This document shows positions 49,997 through 59,595 of a stretch of DNA of 64,000 nt, in pieces. Position 1 is the stretch's first letter. Every line of letters starts with the position of its first letter. The DNA comes from Spirochaetota bacterium (GTDB lineage: Bacteria; Spirochaetota; UBA4802; UBA5550): assembly GCA_963664815.2 (NCBI GenBank), contig CAXXHB010000001.1, positions 1-64,000 of the forward strand, read 5' to 3'. The notes beneath the pieces were generated by a model that ran no database searches, was not told the DNA's origin, and saw only the letters and a list, made by a program, of their open reading frames with translations. The position numbers were made by a program, and so were the translations under genes.

Positions 49997-50910
49997 TCCC
50001 TTATCTCCTTTCCCGTGATGGCTATAAACGCATCGTTCAGCGTGCCTTTGTTAATTTCAATATCCGATATGCTCTCTTTAAATAACGATACAATATTCAG
50101 GAGTTCATCCGTGTTTGTGGTATATACCTCGATATGTTCCGTGTCAGATTTAAATCTGATATTCCTCACTTCCAGATACTGCATAAGATCCCCCCTTTTC
50201 GGGGTCTGAATTTTCATTGTTGTGGCAGTGTATTTTTTTTTCAGATTGGCCGGAGTATCATAAGCCACAATCCTGCCGCCGTCAATAACCGCCACATTAT
50301 TACATATTTCAGCCTCCTCCATATAATGTGTTGTGAGAAAAATTGTAATATCCTTCTGCTTCTGAATTCTGCAGATATAGTCCCAGATGCCGGCTCTTGT
50401 CTGCGGATCGAGACCTGAAGTCGGCTCATCCAGAAACAGCACTTTCGGGAAATGAACAAGTCCGCGCGCGATCTCGGCACGCCTTTTCATGCCGCCCGAA
50501 AGACTGTCAACGGGCGCATTACGGCGTTTGCCCAGATCGACCAGATCAAGAACAAAATCGATACGCCCTTTAACCTCAGGTTCCGGAACGTTATAAAAAT
50601 CGCAATGCAGCTTCAGATTCTCTTCAACAGTGAGTTTCCCATCCAGCGTCGATTCCTGAAAAACAATCCCGATATCATTTCTTACCCTGTCTTTCTGACG
50701 GGTTATGTCGTTGCCGTTAATATACAGATCTCCACAGGTTTTATCCTGTATTGTACAAAGCGTGTTGATTGTTGTACTCTTGCCTGCACCGTTCGGTCCG
50801 AGAAACGCAAAGATAGTCCCCTTTTCAACATCAAACGAAATATTATCCACCGCAGTGATACTGCCGAATCTCTTTGTAAAATTTTTTACTTCAATACTTT
50901 TTAAACTCAT
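49993..50910 (-). CDS. ABC transporter ATP-binding protein (DrrA-like)
   Basis: GPNGAGKST, LSGGM, LDEPT, TTHY. Confidence 0.93.
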   Translation of the reverse strand: MSLKSIEVKNFTKRFGSITAVDNISFDVEKGTIFAFLGPNGAGKSTTINTLCTIQDKTCGDLYINGNDITRQKDRVRNDIGIVFQESTLDGKLTVEENLKLHCDFYNVPEPEVKGRIDFVLDLVDLGKRRNAPVDSLSGGMKRRAEIARGLVHFPKVLFLDEPTSGLDPQTRAGIWDYICRIQKQKDITIFLTTHYMEEAEICNNVAVIDGGRIVAYDTPANLKKKYTATTMKIQTPKRGDLMQYLEVRNIRFKSDTEHIEVYTTNTDELLNIVSLFKESISDIEINKGTLNDAFIAITGKEIRE

Positions 50911-51025
50911 AACTGTTCCCTTTAATTTAATCCCCTTCAGCTCAATAAATTTTCTTCCATTTTTAACTTCTATGTTTATACAGACGATATTGGTGAGAAT
51001 TTATTGCTCCGGCCTGTACGCTTTA

Positions 51026-51090
51026 CGCCCCCTCTGTTTCTCCCCCATGAATGGGGGAGATCTCGTGCCAGGGACAGTGGAGGGTAATGC
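51026..51090 (+). repeat. ~65-bp hairpin repeat, copy 1 of 3
   Basis: CGCCCCCTCTGT.TCTCCCCCATGAATGGGGGAGA...GACAG; also at 54601 and 56844. Confidence 0.8.
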
Positions 51091-51310
51091 GGCGACAATT
51101 TTATTGATATAACCGTTTTCCTGTGTTTCCCCTCGTTTTAAAAAAGAAAAACCTGTTTCATTTTAACGGATTTTCCTGAAAAAGAAAAAACCGCAAATTT
51201 TTCATATATTTCATATTTTTTGGGGAATAATTATAGCTTTTTTCTACTATACCTATTATGGAATAAAATTAAACGTTTAACCTGTATTTATATTATATTA
51301 ATTTTTATAA

Positions 51311-52729
51311 GTGGTATCAGTTATGATAACAAAAATTTCCGGAATCCGGGCTGCGGCCCTTTCCGCTGCTCTGATCATTATAATGGCCATGGCCACCCCC
51401 CTCAGTGCCGAATTTATTTTTCTCAAAACCGGAGAGATTTTAGAAGGCTCAATTGTGAACGATAAAGCGGCCACGGTATTTCTCCGCACAGCCGATAAAA
51501 AGACCCTTCAGATAAAACGTGACAGCATAATGCGCATACTCTACACAAAGCTGAAGATGGGGAAGATATATATCCAGAAGCGCAACGGCGAGGGTATTGT
51601 CGCCTTTATTGTAGACGAAGACCAGGAGAACTACATATTCAGGAAAGAGCTGTACAAACCGCAGGAGTTCAATCTCAAAAGGTCGGAGGTTCTCTTCATG
51701 GCGGAGAAGAATCCCTCGGGGCTGGCAGTCTCCGGCGAGATTGGAACAGACAGGGTATCGCTTGTATGGCTTCCGCCGTATGATGCCGTTAAAAAGTATA
51801 ATATCTACATAAAGAAAAACCGGGAGGATAAGTATGAACCTGCTGAAAGCGTGAAAGATAAAAAGGCGGTATTGAAAAAGCTTTCAAGCAACACAAAGTA
51901 TTATCTCATTGTGACAAGCGTGGACAGCCAGGACTACGAATCTGAACCTAGCAACGAGCTTGTAATCACAACAAAAAATATTGCGCCGTCAAAACCTGGC
52001 GGTATAACCCGGGAAATGAAAGGGGATAGCGTAACAGTCAGGTGGAAAGAATCAACCGACCCGGACGGCTTTTTGAAGGGTTATAACATATACCGGATTG
52101 ATGGTAAAGAGAGGGTCAGGCTGGCCTCTGTGAAGAAGCCTGAATACAGCGTGCCCGGTGATATCTCCGTATTTAAACTGGAGATAACCGCAGAAGATGA
52201 CCTGGGAAGCGAATCGCCGAAGAGCAGGGTGCTTATGCCGCTGCAGCTTGCGGTAATGGCCTGCCCCGCAGTTTTTTCACTCACCGGGGAACTCGGCGAA
52301 AAGTTTAATCCCGGTACGGGCGGTACACTTAATATAGGCCTTCGTAATACCATGTTCCAGAACATGGAAGCAGGAATAAGCTGCGGATACTTTACTTTCA
52401 AAGGGAAAGATAAGGAGAACACTGAGAGCATGAGCCTGATCCCTTTTTCTGCTTACGGAGGGTATCATTTCAGGTTTATGGAAACCTTTACCTTTTTCCC
52501 CTTCGCCAAACTCGGCGGATCCTGTTTAAAAATGAAATACACGAGTATTGAAGGTAATACAGACAAAACAGTAACAGACCCTGCTGCGGCATTTGGCGTT
52601 TCACTGACAGCTGAATACGGCAGGTTTAATATTTCAACAGGCGCGGACTGCGGCCTGTTATATGAAAGTAAAGGCTCAAGGCCTTTTTATGAGTGCTTTA
52701 TAAACATTGGCACGCTTTTTGAGTTATAG
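51311..52729 (+). CDS. exported FN3-domain protein with probable C-terminal beta-barrel
   Basis: AEFIFLKTGEILEG N-domain, two FN3 segments, alternating beta strands at the C-terminus. Confidence 0.78.
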   Translation: MVSVMITKISGIRAAALSAALIIIMAMATPLSAEFIFLKTGEILEGSIVNDKAATVFLRTADKKTLQIKRDSIMRILYTKLKMGKIYIQKRNGEGIVAFIVDEDQENYIFRKELYKPQEFNLKRSEVLFMAEKNPSGLAVSGEIGTDRVSLVWLPPYDAVKKYNIYIKKNREDKYEPAESVKDKKAVLKKLSSNTKYYLIVTSVDSQDYESEPSNELVITTKNIAPSKPGGITREMKGDSVTVRWKESTDPDGFLKGYNIYRIDGKERVRLASVKKPEYSVPGDISVFKLEITAEDDLGSESPKSRVLMPLQLAVMACPAVFSLTGELGEKFNPGTGGTLNIGLRNTMFQNMEAGISCGYFTFKGKDKENTESMSLIPFSAYGGYHFRFMETFTFFPFAKLGGSCLKMKYTSIEGNTDKTVTDPAAAFGVSLTAEYGRFNISTGADCGLLYESKGSRPFYECFINIGTLFEL

Positions 52730-52739
52730 GGGGGTAAAT

Positions 52740-54575
52740 ATGAAATTCCGGGGACTTTTTTTTATTTTACTGGCGGTTCTGTTATCCGGTTCCTGCGAGT
52801 CGGGATTATATGATATGATTGATGAGTCAAACATGGCCAAAGCCGCACTGAAGAGTGTGACACTCTCAAAAGGAAGCCTCTCTCCTGAATTCAGGAGTTA
52901 CACAACATCCTTTGAAGTTTATACCGGGGAAAATGTTACAAGTGTAACAGTCTGCCCAGTCCCTGAAATGGATGACTCGACAATAAAGTACAGGGTGGAC
53001 AGCGGAGACTGGAACGAGGGGAATATAGTCCTTAATGGAGTTTCAGCATTCACTGTAGTTAAACTCGACATCAAGGTCACTTCAGGTGACGGGAAAGCTT
53101 CTCTTGTTTATACGTTTAATGTAACGCAGACATCAATAAAAGGATATATTGTCAGGTTTTCATGCCCTGATGCGAATGTGGAGCCGGAGTATTACACAAA
53201 AATATTAGGTTCTTCCGAAACAACAGTGGGGACACTTCCCGGGTCACCGGGGAGGTACGGTTATGCCTTTGCAGGATGGTACACTGGCGAAAACGGTACA
53301 GGTACGCAGTTCACAAAGGACACGCCTGTCACAGGGGGCATTACTGTTTATGCGTACTGGAAGGGGGGCACATCCGGGCTGAGCTTTACAGGTGGCGTAG
53401 TAACCTCTTCAAGCATATCAACAGGGGAGGTTGTTATACCTGAATACACTGCCGGAGGCAATAAGGTCACTAAAATAGCGGACAGTGTATTCAATGGTAA
53501 AACAGGGATAACGGGTTTTAATATCCCGGGAACTGTCACGGCCATAGGAAACTCCACCTTTTCCGGCTGCACCGGATTGACCGGTATGACAATACCTGCT
53601 GGTGTAACATCCATAGGAGGGTATGCATTTGATAATTGTACCGGATTAACCAGTGTAACAATCCCCGGGAGTGTGACATCCATAGGGACTTTTGCATTTA
53701 GAAGTTGCACCAAATTAACCAGTGTGACAATACCTTCGGGAGTAACATCCATAGGGGTTAATGCATTTTATAATTGCACCGAATTAACCGGTGTGACAAT
53801 ACCTTCAGGAGTAACATCCATAGAGGCGGGTGTATTCAGAGGCTGCATCAAATTAACCAGTGTGACAATACCTTCGGGAGTAACATCCATAGGGGATAAC
53901 GCATTTTATTATTGCAGCGGGTTAACCAGTCTTACAATTCCTGCAAGTGTCACATCCATAGGGGTGCAGGCATTCGGGTATTGTACCGGTTTAACAGGGA
54001 CATTGACTATTCCTTCCGGTGTAATAACAATAGGGGAGGGTGCATTTACATATTGCACCGGATTAACCGGTATGACAATCCCTTCGGGAGTAACATCCAT
54101 GGAAGCCAGCACTTTTGAGAGCTGCACGAATTTAACCAGCGTGACAATATCTTCGGGAACAACATCCATAGGTGTATCCGCATTTAAAAACTGCACAAAA
54201 TTAACCAGTGTGACAATACCCGGAAGTGTGAAGACCATAGGAGATTACGCATTTTATGGTTGCACTATATTAACCGGTGTGACAATACCTTCGGGAGTAA
54301 CATCCATAGGGCAGTACGCATTTTTTAATTGCACAGGTTTAACAGGGGCACTGACAATTCCTGCAAGTGTCACATCCATAGGGCAGTACGCATTTGGTAA
54401 TTGTACCGGTTTAACCAGTGTACGTATTTATTGCAATCCAGTCCCAACTACTGGTACACAGGTTTTTTATAATCTTTCAGGACGTACCCTTTACAGACCA
54501 AACGGAGCAACAAGCTATAATGCATACCCCTGGAGAGTAGCGGATGGTGTATTCAGTTCAATCCAGGATCTATGA
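52740..54575 (+). CDS. BspA/TpLRR (LRR_5) surface lipoprotein with cadherin-like and InlB B-repeat domains
   Basis: LSGSC lipobox; about 14 CTxLTSVTIPSGVTSIGxxAF repeats. Confidence 0.9.
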   Translation: MKFRGLFFILLAVLLSGSCESGLYDMIDESNMAKAALKSVTLSKGSLSPEFRSYTTSFEVYTGENVTSVTVCPVPEMDDSTIKYRVDSGDWNEGNIVLNGVSAFTVVKLDIKVTSGDGKASLVYTFNVTQTSIKGYIVRFSCPDANVEPEYYTKILGSSETTVGTLPGSPGRYGYAFAGWYTGENGTGTQFTKDTPVTGGITVYAYWKGGTSGLSFTGGVVTSSSISTGEVVIPEYTAGGNKVTKIADSVFNGKTGITGFNIPGTVTAIGNSTFSGCTGLTGMTIPAGVTSIGGYAFDNCTGLTSVTIPGSVTSIGTFAFRSCTKLTSVTIPSGVTSIGVNAFYNCTELTGVTIPSGVTSIEAGVFRGCIKLTSVTIPSGVTSIGDNAFYYCSGLTSLTIPASVTSIGVQAFGYCTGLTGTLTIPSGVITIGEGAFTYCTGLTGMTIPSGVTSMEASTFESCTNLTSVTISSGTTSIGVSAFKNCTKLTSVTIPGSVKTIGDYAFYGCTILTGVTIPSGVTSIGQYAFFNCTGLTGALTIPASVTSIGQYAFGNCTGLTSVRIYCNPVPTTGTQVFYNLSGRTLYRPNGATSYNAYPWRVADGVFSSIQDL

Positions 54576-54600
54576 CAACCTTGTTGCTAACTATTATACC

Positions 54601-54665
54601 CGCCCCCTCTGTGTCTCCCCCATGAATGGGGGAGATTGTGTGCCGGTGACAGCGGCGGATAATGC
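54601..54665 (+). repeat. ~65-bp hairpin repeat, copy 2
   Basis: Matches 51026-51090 and 56844-56906. Confidence 0.8.
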
Positions 54666-54819
54666 AGAATCGAGCACGTACAGGAGGTCCGGAAAAGCGC
54701 CCGATTGATGTTGCTCTTTGCCCCCTTCTGGGGTTGCGGGGGCTATAATTGCAGGACGAATATCATCCGTCCTGCTGCCCGCAGGCAGCTGCCTGGAAAC
54801 GACTGTTTTACATTATAAC

Positions 54820-55764
54820 CTATTCTTTAGCTCCATAATCCTTTAATAACTTAACAATATCATTTCGTTTTAAAGAATAAGCATATGTCAATGCTGAAGA
54901 TTTGCCTTGTGTTCTTGCATTGGGATCAGCTTTTTTATTCAATAAAAGTTTTATTATTTCAATATGCCCCTGAGTGCTTGCTGCAATTAAAGCTGTCATT
55001 CCAAAATCATTTTTTAGATTAGGGTCCGCTCCTTCTTCTAACAGAACTTTTACAATCTCTGTCCTCCCTGCCATTGAAGAATACATTAATGGAGTCTGGC
55101 CATTAAAATCCGTTGTATTGATATCTGCCTTTTTTGCCGCTAATGCTTTTATCGCTTCTTCACTGTACTGACAAGACGCATGTATAAGAGCGTCTTTCCC
55201 GCTTTTATCTTTAATTTTTACGTCTGCACCTGCTGACAATAAAAGCCGGACATTGGAAATCATATTATTTTTTACCGCATGTATTAATGCTGTCTGTCCG
55301 GTTGAATCGGTTTTATTTATTTCGGCTCCATGTTCAATTAAAAGCTTTGTTATACCTTTTGCTATATCTTTTGATGATTGCATCAAAGGCGTAGTCCCGT
55401 CGAATTTCTGAGCGTTTAAAGCTGCTCCTTTCTCGATAAGCAATTTTGCAATTTTTTCATTTCTATTCTCAACAGCCATTATTAAAGCGGTGGAATCAAA
55501 CTTTTTTGTTTTTATATTAACATCTGCACCGTGCTCAAGTAATAGTAAAGCTATTTCATATTGATTAAAATTTACGGCAGTCATTAGAAGTGTTCTATTA
55601 GTACTGCTTAAATCATTTATATTTATGTTATCTGCAATTTCTCTTTTTACCTGCTCTATCTCTCCTTTCTTTATGGCATTTGATATTTTATCAAGGTTTG
55701 ATTTTTGTAAACTTGAACAGCCTGTTATAAATAATATGACGACGATGGTAATGAATTTTTTCAT
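54820..55764 (-). CDS. ankyrin-repeat lipoprotein
   Basis: ITGC lipobox; ~8 ankyrin repeats. Confidence 0.9.
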   Translation of the reverse strand: MKKFITIVVILFITGCSSLQKSNLDKISNAIKKGEIEQVKREIADNININDLSSTNRTLLMTAVNFNQYEIALLLLEHGADVNIKTKKFDSTALIMAVENRNEKIAKLLIEKGAALNAQKFDGTTPLMQSSKDIAKGITKLLIEHGAEINKTDSTGQTALIHAVKNNMISNVRLLLSAGADVKIKDKSGKDALIHASCQYSEEAIKALAAKKADINTTDFNGQTPLMYSSMAGRTEIVKVLLEEGADPNLKNDFGMTALIAASTQGHIEIIKLLLNKKADPNARTQGKSSALTYAYSLKRNDIVKLLKDYGAKE

Positions 55765-55818
55765 CTTAGTCCACTCCCTAAAATCATGAAATATATTTTT
55801 AATTCTCCTGCAGTTGCT

Positions 55819-56022
55819 TCTTTTCTATTCAGAAAAATGCGATTATTTTCAGAGGGTTTTAACTCAAATCTCTGATGATAAAGATCATAATGACTGTTGA
55901 CTGAATGTCAAATCTGCATCTTTGAGCCAACACGACATCCGCCTGCCGGCATGAAACATGATGTTTAAGCAAAACCGGCCCTGACAAAAAATATAAAGGC
56001 ACTGCCTGTTTGAATTAAATTT
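55819..56022 (-). repeat. ~205-bp dispersed element, full copy B
   Basis: Collinear similarity to 1786-1992. Confidence 0.75.
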
Positions 56023-56166
56023 ACGGCTAATGAGACAGATTCCTATATCCCTGCCAACGTTATTAAAAATAATATCTGGCTTGACAGTCTGTTTCATACA
56101 TGTATATATTAAGTCAATATTTCCAGATTTTTTCTGTTCACTTATTATTAAGCGGATCTTTATAAA

Positions 56167-56481
56167 TTGATAGATAAAATAAAAAAAGCAATATCACTTG
56201 ATAATATTATTTTCAAGAAGCATGCCCTGGTAAGAATGCTTGAAAGAGGAATTGAATCAAACAATATTATACAGGCCCTTGAGAATTGCAGTATTGTTGA
56301 AGAATATCACGATGACAGACCGTACCCAAGCTGTCTGTTTCTTGGATACTCAGGCAACAGGCCGCTGCATATCGTATTATCTTTTAATCCGGACATTGAA
56401 CTGATCTTTATTATTACAATATATGAACCTTCTGACGAATTATGGGAAGGCGACTACAAAACCAGGAGGAGAAAAACATGA
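56167..56481 (+). CDS. DUF4258 family protein (putative toxin)
   Basis: HALVRMLERGI...EEYHDDRPYPSCLFLG...PLHIV...IITIYEP. Confidence 0.85.
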   Translation: MIDKIKKAISLDNIIFKKHALVRMLERGIESNNIIQALENCSIVEEYHDDRPYPSCLFLGYSGNRPLHIVLSFNPDIELIFIITIYEPSDELWEGDYKTRRRKT

Positions 56482-56708
56482 ACTGCCCGTTATGCAAAGG
56501 TGAAATGCAGAATGGAACAACGCATGTTCTGATAAATCACGGCGAGGATTCAGTCATTGTTATTAACAAAGTCCCTGCCCTTATCTGCGAACAATGCGGT
56601 GATGATTTTATTGATATTAATACCACCAGGAAAATAGAAGCGCTTCTGAAAAAGCTTGAAGCTGAAGGCCTCCGAATGGGATTTATAGATTATACCAGAG
56701 CAGCTTAG
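56478..56708 (+). CDS. YgiT-type zinc finger (MqsA-like) protein
   Basis: MNCPLCKG...VPALICEQCGD; ATGA overlap. Confidence 0.85.
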   Translation: MNCPLCKGEMQNGTTHVLINHGEDSVIVINKVPALICEQCGDDFIDINTTRKIEALLKKLEAEGLRMGFIDYTRAA

Positions 56709-56843
56709 CCGCAGGCAGCGAGATCATACATAACATATAACCGGCCACAACCCCCTCTCCATCGTATCATGGAGAGGGGCGGGGTGAGGCGTATTCTTGC
56801 ATCTGAAACAGGCAGATTCTTCAACGAAAACTGTTGCGTCTTC

Positions 56844-56906
56844 CGCCCCCTCTGTGACTCCCCCATGAATGTGGGAGATTGTGCGCCGGTGACAGCGGCG
56901 GATAAT
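56844..56906 (+). repeat. ~65-bp hairpin repeat, copy 3
   Basis: Matches copies 1 and 2. Confidence 0.8.
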
Positions 56907-57136
56907 CATGAAATGTCTGAAATTTTTAAACCTTTATGTCCATATAATCCCGTATTATATGGACATAAAAAAAAGTTGGGGAATGAATAATTCCTGCAGT
57001 TATTTCATATTTTTTAAAGCAGTTAATTCATCTTTAGCCAGGTTGTCTTTTTCGTTCTTTGCAAAAGCGAATTATATCAACCGGGGAAATTCCCCGGTTG
57101 ATATAATGCCTGGGAGAGTTTTATTCTGTCATTGTT

Positions 57137-58447
57137 TTAAAACAATCTCAACACTAAACCGGCCTGTACATAATATTCAGGTGGAAAATTTCCTTTAAAA
57201 TCCATGGTTGTATTTTTAAGCATATTCTGCTGCGCTGCAGGAATTGTCCCGGTGTTTGCTGTATTTGTTTCACTAATTTCAACATCAGATATCAGTTCTG
57301 AAAATAGGTGAAAATCAACTCCGGCTAAAAAAAACAGATCAACATATCTGGATACATATACGGAAAATCCTGTCTCAATTTTAAATATATATGAATAAAT
57401 ATCGGTTTCAGCATCAAGATTGTATGTTGATGCATACCTATACGTTACAGGATAATTCGAATAAGCATAACTATAATTATTTTGCGATTTTGAGTATTTA
57501 AGATTGAATTTATCAACTCCTATACCTGGTATCAGATAAAAGTTAAATCCTTCAACGGGATATATCATCTGAAAATTTAAGGCTAAACCATATCCATTAT
57601 TTAAATCATAATCGTTTAAAGATAAAGAATTACCTTCATTAATAGTTCCATTTACTAGATTACCATTATTATAAGAAGTTGATCTGTTTTTGAAGCTGCT
57701 GTACATATATTTGATATCCATTCTGACACCGAAATTGCCGGTAAACTCATAGGAAGGGGATATAACAGCGGTCTTCATTTTAATATCTGCTTTTTTTGAT
57801 GTTAATCTCAATGATTCAAATAAGCTGTTTTTAGTTACTTCAAAGGTTGGTACATTAACATCCTTGATTATCCCGTATCGATAAAAAAATCCCACGGCGT
57901 ATTTTTTTCTGCTTTCATCCTGCATGTATGTTCTCATCGGCGTTGCGTAGGATGTTCCGGCAATTTTATTAACCAGTTTAACGGCCAGTATCTTTGAAGC
58001 AAGTTCAAGATCCTCTTCTGTCAGACATCTTTCAGATTCTGCAGAATCAATCTGCCCGGTTTCAACATCAACAGACTTCGCAGTTAAAATAAATGCCTTC
58101 CCTGTCTTTGCAAGCGTTCCCAGTATAATCTTCTTTGCAGAGAGAAGTTTTCCCATCTCAACAGCACATTCCTGCTCTGTACATCCGGTCTGCTGAAAAC
58201 CCTGCTCATTCAGGATAGCGCCTATCTGTTTTCTTTCAATCACAGTGAGCTCGCTTTTTTTTGCCATCTCTGTACTGACAAATTCAGATACAGCCTTTGC
58301 CGCATATTTGGATGTGCCGTTGGCGTCAAAATCGAGTATTGCGATTCTTGTTGATCCTGCTGCAGAGGCCTGGATAAAAGATGAAAAGAGAAAAATTCCG
58401 GTTATGAGAACAGAGACTGATGCATTCTTCAATTTTTTGACTGACAT
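57137..58447 (-). CDS. CsgG/HfaB-like N-terminal domain with C-terminal outer-membrane beta-barrel
   Basis: IAILDF...VIERKQIGAILNEQGFQQTGC...EMGKLL; terminal Phe. Confidence 0.78.
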   Translation of the reverse strand: MSVKKLKNASVSVLITGIFLFSSFIQASAAGSTRIAILDFDANGTSKYAAKAVSEFVSTEMAKKSELTVIERKQIGAILNEQGFQQTGCTEQECAVEMGKLLSAKKIILGTLAKTGKAFILTAKSVDVETGQIDSAESERCLTEEDLELASKILAVKLVNKIAGTSYATPMRTYMQDESRKKYAVGFFYRYGIIKDVNVPTFEVTKNSLFESLRLTSKKADIKMKTAVISPSYEFTGNFGVRMDIKYMYSSFKNRSTSYNNGNLVNGTINEGNSLSLNDYDLNNGYGLALNFQMIYPVEGFNFYLIPGIGVDKFNLKYSKSQNNYSYAYSNYPVTYRYASTYNLDAETDIYSYIFKIETGFSVYVSRYVDLFFLAGVDFHLFSELISDVEISETNTANTGTIPAAQQNMLKNTTMDFKGNFPPEYYVQAGLVLRLF

Positions 58448-58456
58448 TGCGTACCT

Positions 58457-58957
58457 CTATTTATATTTATTGTTTAAATATTTTTCGAAGGAGCTGATGC
58501 TTTCAGGTTTATAGCCGACTGACCGGTAGATGATCTGCCTGTTTTTATCTATAAGAAAAAATGCCGGTATTGCAAGTGACGGCGAATATTTTTTTATGGT
58601 CTGCTGATATATGTCGAGAAGGCAGGTACAGTTTTTAATGCCGAGCTCATTTAATACCCTATCCGCCTCCGGTTTCCCCTCTTTGTCTATATTTATAAAC
58701 AGCAGGGTGATATTGCCGCTATACCTTTCATGCAGTTTAACGAGCTCAGGGATCTCCTTTCTGCACGGCGCACAGTAGCCGGCAAAAAAGACAATTAGGA
58801 TATCGCTTTTTTCAGTTTCAGTGCTGAGTTTAACAAGGTTCCCCTCAGTGGAGAAGAGTGCAAATAAAGGGGCTTCTTTATCAGAAGAGTAAGCTGTAAA
58901 TGAATATAAAATAAGGGAAACCGACACACAGAGCTTGATGAAAATGTTGTTTTTCAC
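58457..58957 (-). CDS. TlpA-family thiol-disulfide redoxin
   Basis: FFAGYCAPCRKEIP; IPAFFLID. Confidence 0.88.
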   Translation of the reverse strand: MKNNIFIKLCVSVSLILYSFTAYSSDKEAPLFALFSTEGNLVKLSTETEKSDILIVFFAGYCAPCRKEIPELVKLHERYSGNITLLFINIDKEGKPEADRVLNELGIKNCTCLLDIYQQTIKKYSPSLAIPAFFLIDKNRQIIYRSVGYKPESISSFEKYLNNKYK

Positions 58958-59280
58958 AGTTTAATCTCCTGAAATTAATTCGTTTATAAAAGCATACTCC
59001 TCTGACATATATTACATAGCTCTGCCTGCTGAAGACACAGCGGATAATCTTAAACACTTCTGATGCATGGGGATGTAATTTTATCCCCCTGAAAAATTAT
59101 GCGGCTGCCATGATCAAAAGAAAGGGTAATTTAAATTTTAATTTAAATAGAATATATTGCATATTTTTTGTCAAGAAAGATTTTAGTGCCTTCTGAGACT
59201 GGTTTTAAACATATACAGGAATCCGGTTCCCACTGACATTCCGGGGCCTAACCGTTTTTCCTGCGAAAATACTGACCCTC

Positions 59281-59427
59281 TATACAGAAAAGTAAATTTC
59301 GCTTCAGTTACGCCTCAAACACCTTACCGACAGAGAAAAACACGCGTTTTCCTCTGCCGCAAACGGTATTGAAACGGAATTGAAACGGTATTTAAAAGGG
59401 TCTTCATACTGCTTAAAGACTGTTTTT
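59281..59427 (-). repeat. ~150-bp dispersed repeat, copy 2
   Basis: Reverse complement of 30918-31073. Confidence 0.8.
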
Positions 59428-59484
59428 GAAGGTTCATGAACTTAACATATCCCCCCTCCCCTGCTTTAATTTTATCTGTACTAT

Positions 59485-59595
59485 AAGCCCCCTAAATCCC
59501 CGCACCATGGCCGGTATAGTATACTTTCAGCGACCGGAACTTAACAACCCCCGCACCCCCGGAGGGGGCAAAGATAGTCTTGCCCCCTCCGGGGG
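59485..59595 (-). repeat. 57-bp-type unit plus GC palindrome cut by IS copy 2
   Basis: Palindrome continues at 61290 (GGGGTGCGGGGG). Confidence 0.85.

Noticed and set aside
53348-54238. Antisense ORFs within the BspA gene and other long genes
   Set aside because: Shadow frames of well-supported genes on the opposite strand
52740-54575. Diversity-generating retroelement target
   Set aside because: No reverse transcriptase and no template/variable repeat pair with adenine-specific differences
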